Below, piece by piece: positions 48,783 through 58,083 of a DNA stretch of 64,000 bases. The notes under the pieces are model-generated. The model saw nothing but the letters and a program-made list of their open reading frames with translations. It had not been told where the DNA came from and searched no databases. Both the position numbers and the translations under genes were made by a program. Positions within the stretch are counted from its first letter, which is position 1, and the number at the start of each line of letters is the position of its first letter. Origin of the DNA: an uncultured Alphaproteobacteria bacterium. GTDB lineage: Bacteria > Pseudomonadota > Alphaproteobacteria > Rs-D84. The stretch spans positions 33,698 through 97,697 of the forward strand of contig CALXMR010000001.1 of NCBI GenBank assembly GCA_944389525.1, given 5' to 3'.

Positions 48783-51289
48783 TCATCAACACGCGCCAGA
48801 TCATCGTAAATTTTGTATTTTCTGTCGCGCGTTGGGCGATATTCATACCCCGCCCCACCCACAGAATACATATTTACCAGTTCTGTTGTTTTATCATACG
48901 CGGCGCGCATCATTATATCTGTGGTCGGGGCATCGTATTCGATTGTCCGCACATTACCACTTTTTAATTGCAAGAACAGCATTATCGGCGTTTGTGATTT
49001 TTCCGTTGTATGTACATGAAATCCGCCAGTTTTTAGCATTAATGCCTCTAATGGTAACTGTGGCATTGTACCATCCAACAACTGTGCCTTGGTTGGCACG
49101 GCCCCGGTTTTTATATCCAACACACCGCCATCCCACACGCGGTCTGCGCGTGCACGAATATTGCGTCCTGCGATATTTACCATGCCACCAATTTCTGGAA
49201 CGGCCCCAGGAATTTGTTTCATTATGTCTGTGACCAATGGGGCAATTTCAGTAAACCGCCGATGCCAGAAATGGAACATAACACTGTCTGGCCCCAATAA
49301 CTTTAATGCCGCCGCATCCATTTCACGCACCAACGCATCTGGCGACCAATCGCGCGCCTGTTCAATCACCCCATGCACCAAGTTCCCAAAATGTCGCGCA
49401 TCTGGCATTGTCCAATAATCATCCAACACGCGCAAACGCAAGATATGCTGTACATAGAACGCATACGGATTATGAATTAATTTTTCCAGTTCCGTTACAT
49501 AAACATCCGACCAATCTGCCGGTGGCGTTGGCACAGAATAATCCAGTGGCCGTGGCGCGGGACAATCGCGATTACGCACCGCGCGCAAGATATCATCTGC
49601 CACCGTTATATCATATGCACCACACCGCACCATCACACGCGATAAAAAACGCGATACAGTTGTCTGGACCCCACCAGATACTCGACTGCGCGTCCAATAT
49701 ACATCCGCCCCACACGACAAGTTTATAAAATCCAACGCCTGCAAGGATACTTTTCTATCTGGCGATGGCAATCCAATTTTTTGGGCGACATCGCGTGGCA
49801 ACCATGCGTTTTCATATCCACGCGCTGGAAACATTCCATCGTTTAACCCGGTCAGAATCACAACATCGGCCGTTTGCATACGCGATTCAATTGTTCCCAA
49901 CACGCACACACGCGCATCAGATTTCATCGGATTACGCACCCCTGTCCCACCAATAACATCACCCAGGAACGCACGCGCATCAGACAAATTTACACGCATA
50001 TCATTCTGTTCCAAACAATCAGATAAATCCATAATCGCACGCCACACAGAAACAGACGCCACATCATCTATATCAAACGCCGGTGCTAAATCCACCACAC
50101 CATCATCCACCATTTGCGTGATTGTGCGCATTAAATTACACCCATTGCGCACATACAGTTCATTAAAGACACTATCATCACCGCGTTCAATCCACGCATC
50201 AAACGCATTCAATATTGCCCGCCCCGCCCCGGTCATGGTGCCTGGCACCGCCCCAGAAAAATCCGCATCAATTTGCCGCGCGGCAAACGCCGTGGCGATA
50301 CGCTGGTTTCCGGCGGCGTCTGGTGTTATAACCAACACCGATTTATTATCATTAACCGCACGCGATGCGATTTCGGCGATAACAGATGCTTCTTCGCTTT
50401 CGCGGTCGCACTCGATTAAATGACAGTGCTTTACCGCGTCTGTATTTATATCAACAGATAGATTATTAGAAAACGCCGCATTCATAAATTTAATCGCGCT
50501 GTTGCCAACATCAATCGGGATAACATCACCAGGCAGCACCCCAACACGGGATAAAAATTTATATTCTGCATTATATGGATTTGTATTTAATTCAAATTCA
50601 GATTTTTCCCCACCAATGTACCCAGACAAAATAATCCACCCGTTTTCTGCCGCCGCCACGGCCGCCATCAAATCAGCGGTCGCCGGAACACTGGCGGTTG
50701 AACCACAAACGATAACTGCGCTGTATGCAGGCAATTTATCTATCCACGCGCGAATATCGCGATTACGCACCTGGGCGCTTGTCATACGCGCCCCATAAAA
50801 TTCGTTCTGTGCACGGGATATAATATTTAATATTTCGGCCTTGCGCTGAAAGTGTGTGGCGTATTTTTCATCCACCAATTCTGTCCAATTTATTTGCGCG
50901 GCATCCACCCCTTCGTTTTCCAGGTAATCTTGCATTCGCAATAAATCATGTGCCACTGGCAACGCCGCCGATATAGTACCAATACTGGCATCTGCCGCCA
51001 ACAAACGCGCCATAATTATAACACGCTGTGTATTTGAAATTTCGCCTGGTGCATCTGTTGCGGCGGTATCGTCATCGTCCCCTTCGCCCAGTGCGACCAG
51101 ACGCGGTAAAATAACACTGTGCCCTGCGCGCGCAACCAGATATTTTTCCACGGTTCGCACGGCGCGCCTGCTGGGCAAGAATATCAGCATATCTGCAATA
51201 TCACCACCCGCCCGGTCAATCACACACCCCAGCGCATCCAACATACGCGCCGGATTTGTTGCACAAAAGATATTTTTATTTGATGCCAA
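48779..51289 (-). CDS. addB: double-strand break repair protein AddB (alphaproteobacterial type)
   Basis: 836 aa with an inactive-helicase-like N-terminal region and a C-terminal PD-(D/E)xK nuclease block (ADRVWDGGVLDIKTG). Confidence 0.7.
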   Translation of the reverse strand: MASNKNIFCATNPARMLDALGCVIDRAGGDIADMLIFLPSRRAVRTVEKYLVARAGHSVILPRLVALGEGDDDDTAATDAPGEISNTQRVIIMARLLAADASIGTISAALPVAHDLLRMQDYLENEGVDAAQINWTELVDEKYATHFQRKAEILNIISRAQNEFYGARMTSAQVRNRDIRAWIDKLPAYSAVIVCGSTASVPATADLMAAVAAAENGWIILSGYIGGEKSEFELNTNPYNAEYKFLSRVGVLPGDVIPIDVGNSAIKFMNAAFSNNLSVDINTDAVKHCHLIECDRESEEASVIAEIASRAVNDNKSVLVITPDAAGNQRIATAFAARQIDADFSGAVPGTMTGAGRAILNAFDAWIERGDDSVFNELYVRNGCNLMRTITQMVDDGVVDLAPAFDIDDVASVSVWRAIMDLSDCLEQNDMRVNLSDARAFLGDVIGGTGVRNPMKSDARVCVLGTIESRMQTADVVILTGLNDGMFPARGYENAWLPRDVAQKIGLPSPDRKVSLQALDFINLSCGADVYWTRSRVSGGVQTTVSRFLSRVMVRCGAYDITVADDILRAVRNRDCPAPRPLDYSVPTPPADWSDVYVTELEKLIHNPYAFYVQHILRLRVLDDYWTMPDARHFGNLVHGVIEQARDWSPDALVREMDAAALKLLGPDSVMFHFWHRRFTEIAPLVTDIMKQIPGAVPEIGGMVNIAGRNIRARADRVWDGGVLDIKTGAVPTKAQLLDGTMPQLPLEALMLKTGGFHVHTTEKSQTPIMLFLQLKSGNVRTIEYDAPTTDIMMRAAYDKTTELVNMYSVGGAGYEYRPTRDRKYKIYDDLARVDD

Positions 51290-51830
51290 TTATTGTCCTT
51301 AACGCGTCCAGTCCTGTTTTCTTTTCTGCCGATGTTTCCAGTATTTCTGGAATCATTGCCGGATGCACATTATAATCGATTTTTGATTGCGTTTGTTCAC
51401 GCACCCGCTTGTCCTTTTTGGTATACACAACCTGGTATGATATTCCGTTTTTATCGCAAAAATCCATCAAGTCTAAATCAGCCGGTCGCGCCCCGATGCG
51501 CGAATCAATTAAAATAAACAGCCGCCGCAATTGTCGCCGCGTCATCAAATATTCTTCCAATCTGTACAGCCACCGCAATGCATCCCCGCGCGACACCCGC
51601 GCATATCCATACCCCGGCAAATCAACAATCATTATTCTGTCATCGACATTAAACAGATTCAGCGTTTGTGTGCGTCCTGGCGTATTTGATGTACGCGCGA
51701 CATTCGCCCCAACAATTGCATTTATCAATGATGATTTTCCAACATTACTGCGCCCGACAAAGGCATATTCCGGGAACATCGTATTCGGCAAACTGGCCAC
51801 CGTATCAAATGCACCAACGAATTTAATCAT
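51276..51830 (-). CDS. engB: ribosome biogenesis GTP-binding protein YsxC/EngB
   Basis: Start taken at MIKFVG... It has EYAFVGRSNVGKSSLINAIV, TPGRTQ and DLPGYGY motifs. Confidence 0.85.
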   Translation of the reverse strand: MIKFVGAFDTVASLPNTMFPEYAFVGRSNVGKSSLINAIVGANVARTSNTPGRTQTLNLFNVDDRIMIVDLPGYGYARVSRGDALRWLYRLEEYLMTRRQLRRLFILIDSRIGARPADLDLMDFCDKNGISYQVVYTKKDKRVREQTQSKIDYNVHPAMIPEILETSAEKKTGLDALRTIIGIK

Positions 51831-52623
51831 CTGCGCCCCCTTTGTCCAGCATGCGCCGATACGCCTCTTTCTTGGATATTCCGGCACGCCGCGCTAAATC
51901 AGCGGCCGCCGCCTTGGTCGAAGATGCCGCAATATCATTTACGATATTTGTAATTTCGCTGTCTGTCATTTTTTTATCTGGCGCCGGTGCAACCACAATT
52001 ACAATTTCGCCACGCGGGGCGTCTATGTGCATTAAATCTGCGGGATATCCGATAATTGCCTGTTCATGAATTTTTGTAATTTCACGAACAATTGCGATTT
52101 GTCGTTCTGGCATCACACGCGCCAATGCGGCAATCGTATTCATGATACGACTGGGACTTTCGTAATAAATAATCGTATGGCGTATTTTGTTATCATCATG
52201 CAACTTTTTTTCATCGAAAAATCCACAGAATGTAAATCTGTCTGTTGGAAACCCAGATAACACCAACGCCGATATCGCCGCCACTGGACCGGGCACAACA
52301 TACACTGGAATATTTTCCGCACGCGCGGCACGAACCAACCGAAACCCCGGATCGCTGATTCCCGGCATACCGGCATCAGACACCGCCGCAATTGTCGCCC
52401 CGGCGCGTAATTTTTCAATCAATTGTGGCACAACATCGCGTTCATTATGCTCATGACACGACACGCGCGGCGTTTTGATATCAAAGTGCGCAGCCAACCT
52501 GGCAAACACACGCGTATCTTCGGCGGCAATTAAATCAACATTACGCAAAACATCAACCGCCCGTGGTGACATATCGGACAAGTTTCCAATTGGTGTTCCA
52601 ACAATATACAGCCCTGTTTGCAT
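51823..52623 (-). CDS. rsmI: 16S rRNA (cytidine1402-2'-O)-methyltransferase
   Basis: LYIVGTPIGNLSDMSPRAVDVLRNVDLIAAEDTR matches the RsmI tetrapyrrole-methylase-like N-terminus. Confidence 0.85.
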   Translation of the reverse strand: MQTGLYIVGTPIGNLSDMSPRAVDVLRNVDLIAAEDTRVFARLAAHFDIKTPRVSCHEHNERDVVPQLIEKLRAGATIAAVSDAGMPGISDPGFRLVRAARAENIPVYVVPGPVAAISALVLSGFPTDRFTFCGFFDEKKLHDDNKIRHTIIYYESPSRIMNTIAALARVMPERQIAIVREITKIHEQAIIGYPADLMHIDAPRGEIVIVVAPAPDKKMTDSEITNIVNDIAASSTKAAAADLARRAGISKKEAYRRMLDKGGADD

Positions 52624-52671
52624 TCGTGTTCCTTTTATAGTAAAATAATACAAAATAAAATGGATTTTTCA

Positions 52672-54279
52672 ATGCATATGAACAGAATTTTTGGATTTTT
52701 GGCATTGCTGTTCATCGCTGGATGTGCCGGCGATGCCCCCGACCATACAGATTGGTTCAGTGAATATGGCACACTGGAAACCGGTACCCCGGTACAAATG
52801 CAATACGGTTCACCCGATATGCAAATGGGCGTGCCGTCTGATAATTTGATTGGCGCCCCTGTGCACAGGATGGCGGTATTGTTACCGACCAGTGGCCCCA
52901 ACGCGAATGTCGGCAATGAAATCCGCACATCTGTTGAAATGGCGGTATTACAGAACGCGCCGCAAAATCTGTCTGTGTCATTTTATGATACGGCATCCGA
53001 TACAAACGCGATGAATGCGGCATTGGCTGACAACCCGGCGATAATCATCGGCCCAGTATTTTCAAACGATGCACGCACATTGCGTGATATAAAGCCTGCA
53101 ACCACCCCAGTACTGTCATTCACATCAGATGCCACGGCGGTCGGTGACGGTGTTATGTCTGTGGCCCTGTTACCCAAGAATAGTATAGAAGCAATTATCC
53201 AAGAAATGCAGGCCGACAAAATCAGTGAATTTATAATCATCGCCCCCGATGACGCATCTGGCCACCTGATGGCGGGCGCGGCAGACACGGCCGCCCAGAT
53301 ATACGGTCTGCCCGTATCTGGGATATTCTATTACACACCGCATGATACAGAATCAATCAAGAACACCGCGATGGATGCATCAATGAACGCGGCCCGCACG
53401 GCGGCAAACAATCGTGCCCGCGCGGTATTATCCGATATTCTGACCGCAGAGCAGTTAAATGTATTGGAAAAATCATCACTGACCATACAACTGGACAGAA
53501 TATCAAAATCAGAAACATTGGGCAAACTGCCTTATAACGCCATATTATTCTTGGGTGACGGCAACGACACAGAAACATTGGCGTCATTTTTGCGCTATTA
53601 CGGCGTTGCCGCGCGTGATGCCCGCTTTTACGGCACCGCGTTATGGGATGGTTCCGACATAACATCAGACATAACGATGGCAGGCGCAAAATATGCCACC
53701 TTGCCTGACCTGCCACCATCGTTTGTATCGTTATATGAACGGATATCTGGACGCATACCTGGCCGTATGGCGGCCCTGGGCTATGACGCAACAAACATGG
53801 CAATCGGCATGATATATTCACAGAAATCAGACGCGGCATACTTGCTGGACCCCAGTGGATATGCCGGTGTAAACGGCCTGATGCGTTTGAATCCCACGGG
53901 CGAAAACGAACGCGGTCTGCGCATTGTTCAACTGACTGGCAACGGCACCGTGCAAACCGTGCGCGATGCCCCGGCAAACTTTATGGTACCCGTATATCAT
54001 ATAGAGCAGCGAAAAATCAAACCTGCTGAATCAATGGAACTGGAAACCCCGGGCATTGACCCAGACGATTATATAACAATACCTGTGCGGTTCCGGGATA
54101 AATATGAATCTGAAACATACGGCGCGCACATCACCGCCCCAGAAACACCCAGTGCAGCTGATGTGATAACCATCCTGCCCGAAGATGACAGTGATATAAT
54201 CATATCGCCTGATTTTGAACCCGTTGCACTGGAATCCGTGAACAAAACCTATATCGACAGCGTGGAAATAACTGAATAA
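52672..54279 (+). CDS. LpoA-like lipoprotein (penicillin-binding protein activator family; periplasmic-binding-protein fold)
   Basis: A lipoprotein signal (MNRIFGFLALLFIAGC), a Leu/Ile/Val-binding-protein-like domain, and divergent placement from rsmI, as with E. coli yraL/yraM (rsmI/lpoA). Confidence 0.5.
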   Translation: MHMNRIFGFLALLFIAGCAGDAPDHTDWFSEYGTLETGTPVQMQYGSPDMQMGVPSDNLIGAPVHRMAVLLPTSGPNANVGNEIRTSVEMAVLQNAPQNLSVSFYDTASDTNAMNAALADNPAIIIGPVFSNDARTLRDIKPATTPVLSFTSDATAVGDGVMSVALLPKNSIEAIIQEMQADKISEFIIIAPDDASGHLMAGAADTAAQIYGLPVSGIFYYTPHDTESIKNTAMDASMNAARTAANNRARAVLSDILTAEQLNVLEKSSLTIQLDRISKSETLGKLPYNAILFLGDGNDTETLASFLRYYGVAARDARFYGTALWDGSDITSDITMAGAKYATLPDLPPSFVSLYERISGRIPGRMAALGYDATNMAIGMIYSQKSDAAYLLDPSGYAGVNGLMRLNPTGENERGLRIVQLTGNGTVQTVRDAPANFMVPVYHIEQRKIKPAESMELETPGIDPDDYITIPVRFRDKYESETYGAHITAPETPSAADVITILPEDDSDIIISPDFEPVALESVNKTYIDSVEITE

Positions 54280-54306
54280 AAAATGTCCCAAACGGGACAT
54301 TTTTTA
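54277..54306. terminator. bidirectional intrinsic terminator (gtccc-aaac-gggac with A6/T6)
   Basis: It lies between the convergent LpoA-like gene (+) and the cupin gene (-). Confidence 0.7.
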
Positions 54307-54681
54307 ACACGCATCAGCATCGGCAAAACCAAATTGGGTCAGCGAATTTTCGCGCGCCTGGATACAAATAAATTGCATCTCGCCTGCCCCCGTATTTTCA
54401 ATTGTACGCGCCGCACCAGTCGCAATACGAACCGCACTGCCCGCCTTAACTGGAACTTGTTCACCATCAACCGTAATTATACCTGTACCAGATAAAATAA
54501 TATAAACTTCTTCATTTTGATGATGCACATGATTAAACGGAACCTTGAAACCCGCCGGCACAGAGTTTATCGACACTTCGCAACTGGTCAAATTCAACGC
54601 ATCGTGCAAAAATACTTTGCCGTTTTCACGCTTTGCAATTTCATCCATTGAACCAAAATCAGATTTAGTATATTTTGACAT
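54304..54681 (-). CDS. cupin domain protein
   Basis: 125 aa with the two-motif cupin core (..PFNHVHHQNEEVYIILSGTG.. / ..GSAVRIATGAARTIENTG..). Confidence 0.65.
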   Translation of the reverse strand: MSKYTKSDFGSMDEIAKRENGKVFLHDALNLTSCEVSINSVPAGFKVPFNHVHHQNEEVYIILSGTGIITVDGEQVPVKAGSAVRIATGAARTIENTGAGEMQFICIQARENSLTQFGFADADAC

Positions 54682-54864
54682 TCATTTCCCCTTTTTTGTT
54701 AAAAACTGTGCATGAAATATATGGATAAAAAATCATTTTGTAAAGTACGCACAAAAAAGTAAGCATACATACCTATTGGTAATTTTTGCCGGATTTCGTA
54801 CATATATACGATGAAAAAAATTTTTATAATTGTCTTTTTTGTATATTACTGTATAATTTGAAGT

Positions 54865-55200
54865 ATGAAAAATAAAACCAAAGAAATTATATCTGCACAA
54901 TGCCCCGTTGCACTGACAGTATCACTAATCGGCAACAAGTGGAAATTAATGATTATGCGCAATTTACTGATGCGACCATGGCGATTTAATGAATTGCAAA
55001 AAAGCATTGGCATCATCAGTCAAAAGGTATTGGTCGATAACCTGCGCGCAATGGAAACAGATGGTCTGGTAATTCGTACCGTATTCCCCGCGGTTCCACC
55101 ACATGTTGAATATTCACTGTCTGAAATTGGTCAATCAATGCGCCCAATATTAACCGCCATGGAAAAATGGGGCACCGAATATCAGAAAAAGCATTTATAA
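54865..55200 (+). CDS. HxlR family transcriptional regulator
   Basis: 111 aa with a winged HTH (CPVALTVSLIGNKWKLMIMRNL..F.EL). It is divergent from the cupin gene, a typical regulator/target pair. Confidence 0.75.
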   Translation: MKNKTKEIISAQCPVALTVSLIGNKWKLMIMRNLLMRPWRFNELQKSIGIISQKVLVDNLRAMETDGLVIRTVFPAVPPHVEYSLSEIGQSMRPILTAMEKWGTEYQKKHL

Positions 55201-55202
55201 AA

Positions 55203-55238
55203 CAAAAAACCGACCATTCGGTCGGTTTGTGTTTTTTA
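55203..55238. terminator. intrinsic terminator (ccgacc-attc-ggtcgg + T-rich)
   Basis: A hairpin directly after the hxlR-family stop, followed by gttttttattt. Confidence 0.65.
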
Positions 55239-55289
55239 TTTAATATATAATCATTCTGTTACTATCACAAATATATAAACACATCACAT

Positions 55290-55838
55290 TTACCTAACAT
55301 CAGATTTATTTACGACTTCGATACCAGACTCAAAACTTTCAACAAAATGCCAACCATCGTCATCCAAAGTAAAATGAAAACATTGACAATTTTTAATATG
55401 CCCAACACGCATTCCCGCCGCCCAACACAACGCACGCGTCACGCCACCATGCGATGATATGGCAATGTCTGAATATTTGCTTTGCGCAACGATACGCCCC
55501 AACGCGCCACTAATGCGCTTGAAATTATTATCTATGCGATGCTGTGCATCAACATCATCGGTGTACCAAAATCCGAATGCAACCTCGATAAAATCATCTT
55601 CGATAACAATCGGTGCCGCCGGATGATATTCACCCACAATTTCGGCCGTACGCACCGCCCGTGGCAATGGCGAAGAATAAAACGCATCTATTTTTTTATC
55701 ACGCAAAAATTCGGCCAATCGTTCGGCCTGTTTAACACCATCAGACGTCAAATACGCATCTGTACGATTGCCCTCTCTTGCGCCTTCGGCGTTTTCATTT
55801 GTTTGTCCATGCCGAAAGAAATAAAAATTCCGCACCAT
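55290..55838 (-). CDS. histidine phosphatase family protein (phosphoglycerate mutase-like)
   Basis: A RHG catalytic motif (FYFFRHGQTNEN) and a downstream SHGG segment. Confidence 0.7.
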   Translation of the reverse strand: MVRNFYFFRHGQTNENAEGAREGNRTDAYLTSDGVKQAERLAEFLRDKKIDAFYSSPLPRAVRTAEIVGEYHPAAPIVIEDDFIEVAFGFWYTDDVDAQHRIDNNFKRISGALGRIVAQSKYSDIAISSHGGVTRALCWAAGMRVGHIKNCQCFHFTLDDDGWHFVESFESGIEVVNKSDVR

Positions 55839-55859
55839 ATTGCACCCCCACAGGAACAA

Positions 55860-56444
55860 CTATTTATTCACATATTCCGAACGCAATTTGGACCACATCA
55901 TATTATCGTATAATTTTCCATCTGAATACACACCACTTTGACGTGCAATACCGTCCAAATGAAATCCAGATGATTTTATTGAATTGGCTGAACGCACATT
56001 ATCCTGGCTGCATTGCCGAACTATACGATTGGCGCCCAAATTTTCAAACGCAATACGTTCTATCTCGTCCGATGTTTCACGCGCAAACCCATGTCCCCAT
56101 GCCGAACGAACCAACCATACGGTCGCCATTTGCAATGTCCGCGTTGCATCATCATAAAAAAACAACCGCCGATATCCAATAAATTTATCATTTTGAAACA
56201 AGTATAATGCAACACCATTATCTGCCGTCCAATCTGATTCACGTTGCATAAATTTCAATACTTCATCAGCCGATTTTGGAACGATGTTATCAACGCCAAT
56301 TGAATTAAAATAAAAATCAGATGGATTTTCATCTTTTATTGCATTAAAAATTATTTCCGCGTTTTCATGCGTCACATCCAGTTGCCGCATTTCTAAACGC
56401 GCTGTTTTTATAACCCGTGGCAATTGTTTTATTGGATTTACCAT
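55860..56444 (-). CDS. GNAT family N-acetyltransferase (RimJ/RimL-like), second paralog in window
   Basis: 194 aa with a GNAT core (..WGHGFARETSDEIERIAFENLGANRIVRQCSQDNVRSANSIKSSGF..). Confidence 0.7.
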   Translation of the reverse strand: MVNPIKQLPRVIKTARLEMRQLDVTHENAEIIFNAIKDENPSDFYFNSIGVDNIVPKSADEVLKFMQRESDWTADNGVALYLFQNDKFIGYRRLFFYDDATRTLQMATVWLVRSAWGHGFARETSDEIERIAFENLGANRIVRQCSQDNVRSANSIKSSGFHLDGIARQSGVYSDGKLYDNMMWSKLRSEYVNK

Positions 56445-56560
56445 TACCTGTCTCCTATTTTACCAACAATCCAGATTTTACTAAAAAAACGCCGGTTTTA
56501 CAATAACCCAGTTTGGCAAATTACGAACCTGTGGTTCTCATCTCACCACTCCATCACAAA

Positions 56561-56592
56561 ATAAAAATGCCCCATTCGGGACATTTTGATTT
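56561..56592. terminator. intrinsic terminator (tgcccc-attc-gggaca with A/T tracts)
   Basis: It lies downstream of the GNAT gene stop and adjacent to the tRNA-Tyr 3' fragment. Confidence 0.55.
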
Positions 56593-56611
56593 TGGTGGGA
56601 GTGGGTGGATT
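56592..56611 (-). repeat. 20-nt duplicate of the tRNA-Tyr 3' end (att-like direct repeat)
   Basis: ttggtgggagtgggtggatt is identical at 56592..56611 and 56761..56780. The latter is the true tRNA 3' end (...aatccacccactcccacca). Confidence 0.8.
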
Positions 56612-56727
56612 GTAATTCCCACCGCAATAAATTGCGGCGGGTCCCTTTCACTGCGCGCTGGCGCGCTTGTTCCGAACCAAACAATCTAGCGATTGTATGG
56701 CCTAATCCATATACCACACCCCAAAAT

Positions 56728-56758
56728 ATAAATACCCGCCATTCGGCGGGTATTTATA
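56728..56758 (-). terminator. intrinsic terminator (cccgcc-attc-ggcggg) immediately 3' of tRNA-Tyr
   Basis: A perfect 6 bp GC hairpin with AT-rich flanks, 4 nt beyond the tRNA CCA end. Confidence 0.65.
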
Positions 56759-56761
56759 CTT

Positions 56762-56848
56762 TGGTGGGAGTGGGTGGATTCGAACCACCTCAGGCTTAAG
56801 CCAACAGATTTACAGTCTGCCCCGGCTCTCCAACTCCGGCGCACGCCC
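56762..56848 (-). tRNA. tRNA-Tyr (anticodon GTA), class II with long variable arm, CCA encoded
   Basis: On the minus strand: GGGCGTG-CG-CCGG-AGTTGGAGAG-CCGG-G-GCAGA-CTGTAAA-TCTGT-TGGCTTAAGCCTGA-GGTGG-TTCGAAT-CCACC-CACTCCC-A-CCA. One C-U mismatch at acceptor pair 4-69. Confidence 0.8.
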
Positions 56849-56930
56849 AATCTCGTCTTCCGCCCGCCTGCGCCAGCGGCTTCGGTGGGCAATGGATTTT
56901 CAGCCCTTGCTGCGCTGCGGTGAAAATCCC

Positions 56931-56948
56931 TGGTGCGGGCAGCGGGAA
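56931..56948 (-). repeat. 18-nt duplicate of the tRNA-Gly 3' end (att-like direct repeat)
   Basis: tggtgcgggcagcgggaa is identical at 56931..56948 and 57045..57062, which is the true tRNA-Gly 3' end. Confidence 0.8.
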
Positions 56949-57044
56949 ACCGCGCGTATAAAAACACAACGAGTTGCGTTATTAGCAACGAGTTGATGTT
57001 TGCATCGCAAGGTTACCCAACTCATCGGCACCCCATCTCGTTTC

Positions 57045-57119
57045 TGGTGCGGGCAGCGGGAATCGAACCCGCATTTCAAGCTTGGAAGGCTTGCATACTA
57101 GCCTTTGTACTATGCCCGC
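57045..57119 (-). tRNA. tRNA-Gly (anticodon TCC), CCA encoded
   Basis: On the minus strand: GCGGGCA-TA-GTAC-AAAGGCTA-GTAT-G-CAAGC-CTTCCAA-GCTTG-AAAT-GCGGG-TTCGATT-CCCGC-TGCCCGC-A-CCA. The acceptor stem pairs perfectly. Confidence 0.9.
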
Positions 57120-57193
57120 AACAAATAAAGCCCTGTGATTATATACTAAATTTAACTAAACGCAAGTATTTAATTCACCAGGGCTGTTTTTAA

Positions 57194-58069
57194 CTAGCGA
57201 ATACCATGTATGATATCTTCCATTTCCAACAAGAAATCCATATCATACCCGCGGGCTTTTAAACGCTGCAACATCAAATGTGCTGCCTCTGCGACACCCA
57301 GGCTTTTGCATATTTCAACAACAGTTACAATTTCATCACGGTTCATTTTATCGGTTGGCATTAATGCAACCGCGACCCCTAATTCACGCAGTGCGGCGCG
57401 CATATACGCCCCACGATGATCCCGGCAACCGTATTCAAATAATACAGCGTATGTTTTGGCATTATTCAAAAAATCGCCATAATAATACGCCGCTGTATTA
57501 ATATTTTTCATAACACGATTTTCAATCGTTTCGCAAATTTTTTCATCAGAATACAAATATTCAATCGATGTCATTTCACTATTATCGTCCTCATATACTG
57601 CACGCAATCCATCCGCAATCGCCTGTTTGCGTGCGGCCAAATCCTGGAACAATTGGGCATTTTCTGGGCATCCGCGCTGTGCCAATACTGTATATATTTC
57701 CGCAGAATTTTGTTGATCATACCAATTCATCTCATCATCCGAGACTATACTTTTCAACAGTGTATCTTCAATAACCGCACAGGCGGGGCGAATGGCCAAA
57801 TCGGTATCTTCTGATTCCACACTGGCAACATCTGGCACAACCGTATCGTCTGGCACACTTGTCGGTATTTCTGTGGCAACTGCCGCTGCTGGTGTTGTTG
57901 CAACAGGGGCATTTTTGGCACCAATTATCCCACCATCATACAGCACCCATGCCGCCGCACCAACCAAGATTAATACAACCAACACAGTCCATAACCGCAC
58001 CCGCCGTGCATGACGTTTTGTATTGCTGCGTGATGTATTTGATGTTTTTTCTTTCATTTTCCCCCCCAT
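57194..58069 (-). CDS. membrane-anchored hypothetical protein (paralog family member 1; Cys-bracketed helical modules)
   Basis: An N-terminal basic segment plus TM anchor (RLWTVLVVLILVGAAAWVL) and a P/T/V-rich linker. Its modules C..IE..L..Y..QN..Y..LA..GC.ENA and its C-terminus DMDFLLEMEDIIHGI are shared with 58760..59479. Confidence 0.55.
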   Translation of the reverse strand: MGGKMKEKTSNTSRSNTKRHARRVRLWTVLVVLILVGAAAWVLYDGGIIGAKNAPVATTPAAAVATEIPTSVPDDTVVPDVASVESEDTDLAIRPACAVIEDTLLKSIVSDDEMNWYDQQNSAEIYTVLAQRGCPENAQLFQDLAARKQAIADGLRAVYEDDNSEMTSIEYLYSDEKICETIENRVMKNINTAAYYYGDFLNNAKTYAVLFEYGCRDHRGAYMRAALRELGVAVALMPTDKMNRDEIVTVVEICKSLGVAEAAHLMLQRLKARGYDMDFLLEMEDIIHGIR

Positions 58070-58083
58070 CTGGTTTATTTAAC

